From Macrostomum hystrix (lineage: Eukaryota; Animalia; Platyhelminthes), in NCBI GenBank assembly GCA_950097015.1, contig CATNEN010000016.1, positions 1 to 32,187 on the forward strand: DNA of 32,187 nucleotides, in the 5' to 3' direction. Positions within the stretch are counted from its first letter, which is position 1. Each line of letters begins with the position of its first letter. Under the pieces are notes generated by a model. It saw only the letters and a program-made list of their open reading frames with translations, was not told the origin of the DNA and searched no databases. The translations under genes were made by a program, and so were the position numbers. Positions 22,876 through 32,187 of the stretch are shown here, piece by piece.

Positions 22876-22881
22876 AATAAA
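22876..22881 (+). terminator. Candidate polyadenylation signal of the HDAC gene
   Basis: AATAAA about 480 nt after the stop codon; position only. Confidence 0.4.
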
Positions 22882-23294
22882 ATATTGCGCATCCAACACT
22901 TTATTGTCCCACGCCGTTGCTACTAATTAGCTGAAAACCGTTAAGTTGTTTCTCATTTCTCATTGATGTCTCATACGAGCGTACAAATCCATAAAATATT
23001 ATGCAGGTCTTTAGTTAACAGATTTGGTAAATTTCAAACTTTTGAAACATATTAGGTAAATTCTAGACTTTAAGTACGACAGAAGCAAATAGGAACTCCA
23101 CTTTGTTATCAAGGTCATTGGAGCATTACTGACTTAGCGACAAAACTGGAGGGACAGAGATCGAGAAGCACCCATAATCTCTGCTGTAGTCTATGCGTCT
23201 ACTGATTAAAACAAAATTCTGTCTTTTTGCAAAAAAAATTTACCTGCTCTGCAACTATTTTTCGTCAAGATAGTTGGAAGGAACGTTAAAAACA

Positions 23295-24250
23295 TTGTTT
23301 AGAATTCGGGGTGTTAGTTAACAGATTTAGTAAATTCGGGACTTTAGTTAACAGATTTAGTAAATTCGGGACTTTAGTTAACAGATTTGGTAAATTCGGG
23401 ACTTTAGTTAACAGATTTGGTAAATTCGGGACTTTAGTTAACAGATTTGGTAAATTCGGGACTTTAGTTAACAGATTTAGTAAATTCGGGACTTTAGTTA
23501 ACAGATTGGTCAATTCGGGACTCCGGAAAACAGATTTTAGGAATATGGACTTTACTTAACAGATTTTGTAAATTCGGGACTTTAGTTAACAGATTTTGTA
23601 AATTCGGGACTTTAGTTAACAGATTTGGTAAATTCGGGACTTTAGTTAACAGATTTGGTAAATTCGGGACTTTAGTTAACAGATTTAGTAAATTCGGGAC
23701 TTTAGTTAACAGATTTGGTCAATTCGGGACTCCGGAAAACAGATTTTAGGAATATGGACTTTACTTAAACAGATTTTGTAAATTCGGGACTTTAGTTAAC
23801 AGATTTTGTAAATTCGGGACTTTAGTTAACAGATTTAGTAAATTCGGGACTTTAGTTAACAGATTTAGTAAATTCGGGACTTTAGTTAACAGATTTGGTA
23901 AATTCGGGACTCCGGAAAACAGATTTTAGGAATTCGGGACTTTGGAAAACAGATTTTAGGAATTCGGGACTCCGGAAACCGATTTAAGGGAGTCGGGACT
24001 CCGGAAACAGATTTTAGGGAGTCGGGACACCGGAAACAGATTTTAGGGAGTCGGGACTCCGGAAACAGATTTTAGGGAGTCGGGACACCGGAAACAGATT
24101 TTAGGGAGTTGGGACTCCGGAAACAGATTTTAGGGAGTTGGGACTCCGGAAACAGATTTTAGGGAGTCGGGACTCCGGAAACATATTTAAGCAATTCGGG
24201 ACTCTGTAAAATAGTTTCAGGAATTCAGGACTCTGGAAACAGATTTCAGG
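23295..24250. repeat. Intergenic tandem array: 30-bp unit (AAATTCGGGACTTTAGTTAACAGATTTAGT) grading into a 29-bp unit (CCGGAAACAGATTTTAGGGAGTCGGGACT)
   Basis: Period 30 at ~23340 and period 29 at 24001/24030. Confidence 0.95.
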
Positions 24251-25042
24251 AATATGTAAAGGTATGCACACTGTAAAGTTCTTTCTAAGAAATAAAATAA
24301 TTTTACGCATAAATAGAACTTTTATATTAGTTTTTTCATTGCTGCTAGAAAATATAAAGAAGGAAAATCGTATAATTGATATAATCAATTAAAAAAAAGG
24401 CTCCTAAAAAAGTTAAAAAGTGCAAAGCATCCTAGCTAAAAAATCGGATCCAATTGCTCGCTCCATCGGCCCGTGCAGATGCAGAGGCTTCAGTTGAAGT
24501 TGTATTTTGCGTCCCCACTTCGCAGTCGCATATATTAATTATAGTATCAACGTGAAACACTAGCAGCGCCCTGGGACAAGCGGGGTTTCCTTTGCTAGCT
24601 TGCAGGGGCTGTAAAAACCGGTTTTAGCCGGTTCACTCCACCGCCTGGGCCTTGCCTTTCGCCTCCGCCACCCCGCTGGTATGGGTAGGAAGGGTGGGGG
24701 ACGAAAAGACGGGAATGTACACCCCAATGTACAGTGTGAGCCTCCTTGCCTTTACAAATTAGGGGTAGTTTGGGAGACTCATTTTCGGCGTCTCCCCAAA
24801 AGAGGGATTGCCGGAGCAGTGAACAGGGGAGAATGCTCCGTTAATTCTCTTAGTTATTCAACAAGCCCTATTAAGTAGCCGCAATTGTATAGTAGCATTA
24901 AGAAGTTTAATTACATAGTGAACAGTGGCCAGATGAACTGTGGCACACTATCTCGATGTGAAGTTGAAGAAATAAATTAAAGAGATTGACCTCGAGCTGG
25001 CCGCATTCAGTGTGCTTAATAATTATTGCAAAATACTGATCG

Positions 25043-25191
25043 ATGGCGTCGAATCCCAGCAGAACAAGTGGCGGCGGAAAATCACAGCCGAAGCCGAAGC
25101 AGCCAAAGCCACAACCTCAGCAGCAGCAGCAGCAGCAAGAGCAGGAGTTAGATCCTGAACAGGCGCGACTGCAACTGCTGGATGCGTACAG
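25043..25191 (+). CDS. Ankyrin-repeat TRPM-like channel, exon 1 (polyQ-containing N-terminus)
   Basis: MASNPSRT...QQQQQQQ...LLDAY AG|GTACTG; phase 2 matches the acceptor at 25467. The start codon is inferred. Confidence 0.7.
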
Positions 25192-25217
25192 GTACTGGAC
25201 ATTTCGGACAAGCGAGC

Positions 25218-25460
25218 AACTACAACTAACCTGCCGAACTATCAAACTACCCTACCAATCTCAACCAATGCCTACCTACCAACCTATTAACTACCAACTA
25301 CCAACCTACAATCGACCTACCAACCTACTAACCTACCTACAACCTACCAATTGAACTACCAACCTACCAATCGACCTACAAACCTACCAATCGACCTACC
25401 AACCTACTAACCCACCTACCAACCTACCAATTGAACTACCAACCTAATAATCGACCTACA
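25218..25460. repeat. (ACCTACCAA)-type low-complexity array in TRP intron 1
   Basis: Recurrent ACCTACCAAC / TCGACCTAC motifs. Confidence 0.85.
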
Positions 25461-25467
25461 CAACAAG

Positions 25468-25815
25468 GTCCGGCAAGCGGGACCTGCTGCGCCGGCTGTT
25501 GGCTCGCGCAGGTCTCTACGCCACAGTTGACGGCAACAAGACAATCGCCGATCTGGCAGCCGAAGAAGGCGACGGCGAGACACTCAAAGCGCTGAAAGTC
25601 CGCCGGCATGGATTTTGACAGACGAAACAACGACGGCCTGACGCCGTTTCACTACGCAATGCGCCGCGGCCGCGCCAACACGCTTGCGCTATTGCGCCGT
25701 CTCGGCGCCAGCGTCGACCTGCCGATGCCAGCCGTGCTGGGCGCTGGCATGGGCGACTACCCGCTGCATGCCGCCTGCGCCGGCGGTGACGCCCGTCTGC
25801 TCGATGTGCTGCTAG
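25468..25815 (+). CDS. Ankyrin-repeat TRPM-like channel, exon 2 (ankyrin repeats; one indel near 25597)
   Basis: GNKTIADLAAEEGD, NDGLTPFHYAMRRG, GDYPLHAACAGG; donor G|GTTTG. Confidence 0.88.
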
Positions 25816-25824
25816 GTTTGTCGT

Positions 25825-26413
25825 GGGATTTAGAATCCTAGGGATTTAGAATCCTAGGGATTTAGAATCCTAGGGATTTAGAATCCTAGGGATTTAGAAT
25901 CCTAGGGATTTAGAATCCTAGGGATTTAGAATCCTAGGGATTTAGAATCCTAGGGATTTAGAATCCTAGGGATTTAGAATCCTAGGGATTTAGAATCCTA
26001 GGGATTTAGAATCCTAGGGATTTAGAATCCTAGGGATTTAGAATCCTAGGGATTTAGAATCCTAGGGATTTAGAATCCTAGGGATTTAGAATCCTAGGGA
26101 TTTAGAATCCTAGGGATTAGAATCCTAGGGATTTAGAATCCTAGGGATTTAGAATCCTAGGGATTTAGAATCCTAGGGATTTAGAATCCTAGGGATTTAG
26201 AATCCTAGGGATTTAGAATCCTAGGGATTTAGAATCCTAGGGATTTAGAATCCTAGGGATTTAGAATCCTAGGATTTAGAAATCCTAGGGATTTAGAATC
26301 CTAGGGATTTATAATCCTAGGGATTTATAATCCTAGGGATTTAGAATCCTAGGGATTTAGATTCCTAGGGATTTAGAATCCTAGGGATTTAGAATCCTAG
26401 GGATTTAGAATCC
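25825..26413. repeat. 16-bp quasi-palindromic array (GGATTTAGAATCCTAG)n in TRP intron 2
   Basis: Period 16; near-perfect copies. Confidence 0.97.
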
Positions 26414-26442
26414 TTAACAGGTGGATTCGCTGTGTTCCGCAG

Positions 26443-27564
26443 ACCAATGTGGCGCGAATCCCGATGTGCTCGACGCCCAGGGGAACTCGCCCCTGCACCG
26501 CGCCTGCCTGGAGGACAACGCCGCCGCTGTTCGCGCCCTGCTTCCGCGCCTGCAGCCAGCCCTGCTGAACCTTCGAGGACACGACGGCCGCACCGCCCTG
26601 CACATCGCGGTGCTGAACCAGAGCCGCCTCATTGTCTACCTGCTGCTATCGCGCGGCGCTCTAGTCGATGTACCCGCAGAGAACGGTAAAACCGTCATCG
26701 ACCTGATCCTGCAGACCAGCAATCCGGTCCTGCTGAATGACTTCGCCAGGTTCTACACTGTTCGCATGACCGACGGCGCGCCAGTCTCGGACCTCGCCAG
26801 CCTCTGCAGCCAGCCGCAATTCCTTCGCTACCTGGAATTCCTGTCTAACGTTGACAACGAGTTCAGCCTCTGCAGCCTGGAGTACCGCCCGGTCGGATCC
26901 GCCGAGATGGCAGCGCTGCGAGCCAAGCTTCGCGACGATGACCGCATCGATGTGGTAGAATTCAAAGAGGTCATCCTGCGACTGCTGCAGACCGAGGAGA
27001 TCCACTCGCTGTGCCTGGACTATGATACCCTGGTCAAGGTGGTGGAGAACATCGTGCACTATGTACTGTTCAGGGAGGACGCGGATCTCCTGGAGAGAAT
27101 CATGCAGTGCGGCCCACTCTGGTCACGCATCGCTCCCCTGCTGCAGGAAAACCTCGACTCGCTCTATCTGCAGACTCCGGAGCGAGAGGTCAAACGGCAT
27201 CATCGCCCACTTTAGGGCTAATTTTGTGCGCGACGGCCGAGTGATGCACGACCGATTGGCCGGGTACTACGGCCGCAAGCTGGCCTGCTTTGGCCTGCCT
27301 GCCTGCCCGAGTCAGACCGGACCTGGCCAGCTGCCAGTTTGCGCCCTACATGCGCCACCCGATGCACAGCCTGACCGTCTGGTCGTCCTGTCTGGCCGGC
27401 TTCGCCTAATTCAACTGCTGCTGCGTCAGGAGCGATTCGATGTCGTGCCGCTGGCCCTGTTCTGCGCCGGACTGCTGCGCACGTTCCCGGACAATCAGGA
27501 GCTGGCCGTTGAGGCGGAGGAAATTGAACACCTGGCACTCACCTGCGAGAGGTTCGCTCGAAAG
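26443..27564 (+). CDS. Ankyrin-repeat TRPM-like channel, exon 3 (ankyrin repeats, then a helical MHR-like region; one indel near 27190)
   Basis: CCGCAG|AC gives an in-frame LLDVLL-D-QCGANPD. Contains QGNSPLHRAC, HDGRTALHIAV, NGKTVIDL and the MHR4-like PLALFCAGLLR...CERFARK|GTGAG. Confidence 0.88.
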
Positions 27565-27611
27565 GTGAGATCATGAAATTTGATTCGAGCGCCACTGCTT
27601 GCTTCTTCAAA

Positions 27612-28400
27612 TCCGAATCCTCAATCCTCACCCAGAATCCGAATCCTCAATCCTCACTAAGAATCCCTATCATCAATCCTCACCCAGAATCCAAATCCTC
27701 AATCCTCACCCAGAATCCAAATCCTCAATCCTCACCCAGAATCCGAATCCTCAATCCTTACCCAGAACCTGAATCCTCAATCCTCACCAAGAATCCGAAT
27801 CCTCAATCCTCACCCAGAATCCAAATCCTCAATCCTCACTAAGAATCCCTATCCTCAATCCTCACCCAGAATCCGAATCCTCAATCCTCACTAACAATCC
27901 CTATCCTCAATCCTCACCAAGAATCCAAATCCTCAATCCTCACTACAATCCCTATCATCAATCCTCACCCAGAATCCCTATCCTCAATCCTCACCCAGAA
28001 TCCAAATCCTCAATCCTCACCCAGAATCCGAATCCTCAATCCTCACCCAGAATCCCTATCCTCAATCCTCACCAAGAATCCCTATCCTCAATCCTCACCC
28101 AGAATCCAAATCCTCAATCCTCATCAAGAATCCCTATCCTCAATCCTCACCCAGAATCCGAATCCTCAATCCTTACTAAGAATCCCTAGCCTCAATCCTC
28201 ACCAAGAATCCGAATCCTCAATCCTCACCAGAATCCAAAACCTCAATCCTCAACCATAACCCAAACTAAATTATCACCCAGAATTTTAAATCCTCAATCC
28301 TTAACAAGAATCCAAATCTCAATCCTCACTCAGAATCCAAATCCCCAATCGTTACCAAGAATCCCAGTCCTCAATCCTCACTCAGAAACAATCCTTAATC
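27612..28400. repeat. 26-bp array (CCCAGAATCCRAATCCTCAATCCTCA)n in TRP intron 3
   Basis: Period 26 (27968, 27994). Confidence 0.95.
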
Positions 28401-28583
28401 CTCACTCAAAAATCTCAAACTCAATTTGCACTTTGGATGCCAAACCTCATTTCAAAATGACCTCAAATTGATTCCAAATCCTAAATCACTAAAATTCGAT
28501 TTCGGTACATCAGTTCCTCCCTAAAATCCTTACCCTCCTCCATTCGCGAATTCTGAAACATTCAAGTCCACTCAAAATCGCAG

Positions 28584-28933
28584 GTGACAGAGAAGGTGAA
28601 CTCAATCGACACCTCCTACGGCCGGTCGGTCAGCTCCGACTACCTGCTTCGGCCGCTGGAAGCCTACGGCGGCGTCACCTGCATCCGGCTGGCCGCTGGC
28701 AACGGCTGCGCCGACTTCCTGCAGAGCGAGGTCTGCCAGCGCGCCCTGGACAGGCAGTGGTACCGCAGCCTGCACCCGATGCCCCCCGGCCTGAGGGAGA
28801 TGCTCATCTGGATGGGCGCCGTTCCGTTCAACGTGTTCGCCCCGCTGCTGCTGCTGTACTTCGAAGAGACTGAGGCCTTGGCGCTAGGCGGCACGAGGAG
28901 CGATCCTTTGTGGGATCTGACAATGGGACTCAG
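28584..28933 (+). CDS. Ankyrin-repeat TRPM-like channel, exon 4 (MHR4 / pre-S1; 3' end phase uncertain)
   Basis: LLRPLEAYGGVTCIRLAA...FLQSEVCQRALDRQWYRSL resembles the TRPM LL-R-x-WG-x-TCL-x-LA...Q-x-LL-x-W motif. Confidence 0.85.
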
Positions 28934-28965
28934 GTGATAAGAGAATGGGATTCAAGCTCTGAAAT

Positions 28966-29215
28966 CTAGGGATTTCGATTCCGAATATTAGGGATTTCTA
29001 ATCAGAATCCGGGGGATTTCTAATCAGAATCCGAGGGATTTCTATTCAGAATCCGAGGGATTTCTAATCAGAATCCGAGGGATTTCTATTCATAATCCAA
29101 GGGATTTCTATTCAGAATCCAAGGGATTTCTATTCAGAATCCAAGGATTTCTATTCAGAATCCAAGGGATTTCTATTCAGAATCCAAGGGATTTCTAATT
29201 AGAATCCAAGGAATT
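28966..29215. repeat. 22-bp array (GGGATTTCTATTCAGAATCCAA)n in TRP intron 4
   Basis: Direct periodicity, with an internal GGATT...AATCC inverted repeat. Confidence 0.93.
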
Positions 29216-29247
29216 ATGATTCAGTACTAATTTTCAACATCCAACAG

Positions 29248-29933
29248 ACAGTCACCAAGTTTCGTCTGACGCTGCCAATCGTTGCCAAAAGATCTGACAC
29301 AGTTGATAGAAAATCACTCGACTTTGATTCGTCGATGGAGGCTGCCGAAAATATGCGCCGAGCAAAATCAATCGATAATCAGCAGCAGCAGCGGCAAGAA
29401 CAGCCAGAGTCTGTGCAGCTGCTTGCAGTTGAGGCCAGGGCCAATCCCATCTCGACCCCTAACACGGACAGCGAGCCGCAGTCTCTGATTCGCCCGCTGT
29501 CTGAGCCCGGCGGTCGCAGCGGATTGGTCCGGCGGTTCGGTCGGTTTTTCCAGCTAATTGACGAATTTTATTCTGTGCCGGCTGTGAAATTTCATTATCA
29601 CGTGGCTTCTCACCTGCTGTTGGTCCTACTGCTGTCTTACCTGTTGCTGGTTGACTTCAAGTACGCATTGAGCTTCAAAGAGGGCCTAGCCTACGCCATC
29701 CTGTTCGGTTTCCTGCTCGAGGAGGCTGTCCAGGTGATGCAGAGCGTCCACGTTCGCGACTTTCGCAGCTACTTTCGCACCAAATGGAATCTGATTGACT
29801 TGGCCGGACTGGCTTCCGGCAGTGTGGGCTTCGGACTGAGAGCTGTGCGCCTGGGAGCCGCCGAGACCGACTGGTCCGAGCCGGCCAGGGACTTTGATGA
29901 CAACCTGTGGTATTTATCCAGGGTCATGCTCCA
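29248..29933 (+). CDS. Ankyrin-repeat TRPM-like channel, exon 5 (S1-S3 and start of S4)
   Basis: FYSVPAVKF, S2 LLEEAVQ, S3 KWNLIDL, LSRVML|GTGAG. Confidence 0.9.
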
Positions 29934-29965
29934 GTGAGTGCTTCGGCTGCTCTGAGTGCTTGGGA

Positions 29966-30560
29966 AAGGACTAGGGAAACCAAGGACTAGGGAAACCATG
30001 GACAAGGGAAACCATGGGACAAGGGAAACCAAGGACTAGGGAAACCCAGGACTAGGGAAACCATGGACTATCAAATCCAAGGACTAAGAAACCATGGACT
30101 GTCTAATCCAGGACTAAGAAACCATGGACTGTCTAATCCAAGGACTAATAAACCCAAGGACAATCAAATCCAAGGACTAAGGAAACCAAGGACTATCAAA
30201 TCCAATGACTATCGAATCCAAGGACTAAGGAAACCAAGGACTATCGAATCCAAGGACTAAGGAAACCAAGGACTATCAAATCCAATGACTATCGAATCCA
30301 AGGACTAAGGAAACCAAGGACTATCGAATCCAAGGACTAAGGAAACCAAGGACTATCAAATCCAAGGACTATCGAATCCAAGGACTAAGGAGCCCGAGGA
30401 CTATCGAATCCAAGGACTAAGGAAACCAAGGACTATCAAATCCAAGGACTATCGAATCCAAGGACTAAGGAGCCCGAGGACTATCGAATCCAAGGACTAA
30501 GGAAACCAAGGACTATCAAATCCAAGGACTATCGAATCCAAGGACTAGGGAAACCAAGTA
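29966..30560. repeat. 16-bp subunit array (CCAAGGACTATCGAAT / CCAAGGACTAAGGAAA) with 80-bp higher-order repeats, TRP intron 5
   Basis: Diagnostic variants recur at 30201/30281 and 30391/30471. Confidence 0.93.
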
Positions 30561-30872
30561 ATTGGGAATCCAAATAGTAAGGGTCATTTGGGACGCACAA
30601 AGCCGCACTCCATACCCCTGCACCACCCAGCCACCCACTCGCCAATCACAGCGCAGCAGGGGGATGGCTGCCCGGATTGGCAGCCAATCAGCGTGCAGTA
30701 AACAAGCGATTTAACAACGGGGGTTAAGTGACGCCAAGCAGAAAATGAGGCTACGCAATACACATGAAATGAATTACATGAAAGAATAGAATTACAAATT
30801 ATAAGTGAGATAACTTTCAAGAAAGTTGCATCCAGATTGAATGGCAGTTGTACTCTACCATAATCTGCGCAG

Positions 30873-31236
30873 GCATCTGTTGCATGCTGTACTGGATTCG
30901 ACTGCTGTACGTGTCTACAGTGCTAGAGAATCTGGGACCGAAGCTCAAAATGATTGCCACCATGATCACCAAGGACTGCTACCATTCCTGCTAATTCTGT
31001 TCATCTTCATCTTTGCTTCGGCGTGCTCATCCACAGCCTGCTCTATCCCAACGGCTACAAGGCGTGGAATCCCAATAAGCTGAGCAAGGTGCAAGTGCTT
31101 CTCAAAATGCTCAAAGTCTGTTTCTACAGCATGGTCGGCGAGTACAGTCTGGACATTCTGATGGGCGACGAGGTCTGCGAGCAGCTGTACGCCAACGGCA
31201 CGGCGAATGATGAGAGCTGTCCGCATCCGTTTGCAG
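30873..31236 (+). CDS. Ankyrin-repeat TRPM-like channel, exon 6 (S4, S4-S5 linker, S5, pore; two indels)
   Basis: ICCMLYWIRLLY, LGPKLKMIATMITKD, FGVLIHSLLYP, pore FYSMVGEYSLD, and an extracellular Cys pair (VC...ESCP). Confidence 0.92.
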
Positions 31237-31266
31237 GTGCGGCGGGCTCGGGGAAGCTGGCTTCGT

Positions 31267-31702
31267 TTGAGGATTGGATTCCATTAGGTAGAGGTTTGGA
31301 TTCCATTAGTAGAGGTTTGGATTCCATTAGGTAGAGGTTTGGATTCCATTAGGTTGAGGATTGTATTCCATTAGGTTGAGGATTGGATTCCATTAGGTTG
31401 AGGATTGGATTCCATTAGGTTGAGGATTGGATTCCATTAGGTTGAGGATTGGATTCCATTAGGTTGAGGATTGGATTCCATTAGGTTGAGGATTGGATTC
31501 CATTAGGTAGAGGTTTGGATTCCATTAGGTTGAGGATTGGATTCCATTAGGTTGAGGATTGGATTCCATTAGGTTGAGGAATTGGATTCCATTAGGTTGG
31601 GGATTGGATTCCATTAGGTTGAGGATTGGATTCCATTAGGTTGAGGATTGGATTCCATTAGGTTGGGGATTGGATTCCATAGGTTGAGGATTGGATTCCA
31701 TT
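31267..31702. repeat. 22-bp array (GAGGATTGGATTCCATTAGGTT)n in TRP intron 6
   Basis: Direct periodicity. Confidence 0.96.
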
Positions 31703-31827
31703 CGACCGAGTGTTGGGTTCCGCAGGTTTGAAGGATTGGGTTTCACAGGGTCAAGAAATAGAATTTAGTCGCTATGGCTATCCAGCCGTATGTGCTTTAT
31801 CTACTAAAGAGTTTGGACTCACCGCAG

Positions 31828-32187
31828 ATATCTGGTGCCTTATGTGGTCCTACCGCTGTACGTGATTGTGACCGAGATCCTGCTGCTGAATCTCATCATC
31901 GCCATATTCAGCAAGACGGTGGAGACCATCGACTCGCGCAGCAAGGGCCTCTGGCAGTTCGAGCGGCACGACCTCATCGAGGAATTCGAGGGCCGCTCCG
32001 GCCTGCCGCCACCTCTGAAACGCTCTGGATTTGGCGCGCCGGCTGCTCGTACGGCTGGCCAAGCGGCTGTGCTCCAGGGCTGACCGCCCCGGCACCTTCA
32101 GCCGCTTCAGCCAGAAATTGGTGCTGCAGTTCCTGCTGTTTCAGGTGACACGGCCTGACTGCATGTCACCAACTGAACACTCAGATT
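31828..32187 (+). CDS. Ankyrin-repeat TRPM-like channel, exon 7 (S6, TRP box; gene runs off the window end, possible donor at ~32145)
   Basis: LYVIVTEILLLNLIIAIFSKT, TRP box WQFER, then LIEEFEGRSGLPPPL. Confidence 0.92.

Noticed and set aside
24595-24640. AAAACCGGTTTT palindrome after CAGGGGCTG, possibly a DNA-transposon terminus
   Set aside because: No partner inverted repeat or TSD was found in the window.
26421-26442. Acceptor at 26420 as the start of TRP exon 3
   Set aside because: Phase does not match the exon 2 donor; the acceptor at 26442 gives an in-frame ankyrin continuation.
12086-32187. A functional heat-response cluster (HSE-LTR, HDAC1 and a TRP channel)
   Set aside because: The transposon is a recent insertion, nothing shows this TRP is thermosensitive, and animal neighbours are rarely co-functional. 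Treated as coincidence, apart from the LTR-HDAC1 proximity.

Overview
Eukaryotic (animal) genomic DNA with GT-AG introns, GC-rich exons and introns filled with minisatellites. This architecture resembles a free-living flatworm such as Macrostomum, but that taxon is my inference. From left to right: (1) 1-10712 holds three head-to-tail non-autonomous Helitron-like elements. They share a 3' GC hairpin plus CTAG, and the two complete ones share a 5' terminus, but they carry different minisatellite cargo. (2) 12086-17143 is a complete, very young Ty3/Gypsy (Mag-like) LTR retrotransposon with a GTAAC target-site duplication and a tRNA-Ser-type PBS. Its LTRs differ by one base and each carries three perfect heat-shock elements just upstream of a TATA box. 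(3) A four-exon class I histone deacetylase (HDAC1/2/Rpd3) gene starts 518 bp downstream of the 3' LTR, on the same strand. (4) A TRP channel gene of at least seven exons runs off the window end; it joins N-terminal ankyrin repeats to a TRPM-type channel core. All three coding units contain scattered 1-nt indels that look like long-read consensus errors rather than decay. Most short ORFs in the supplied track are artefacts of tandem repeats. All comparisons were made by eye; no database searches were run.
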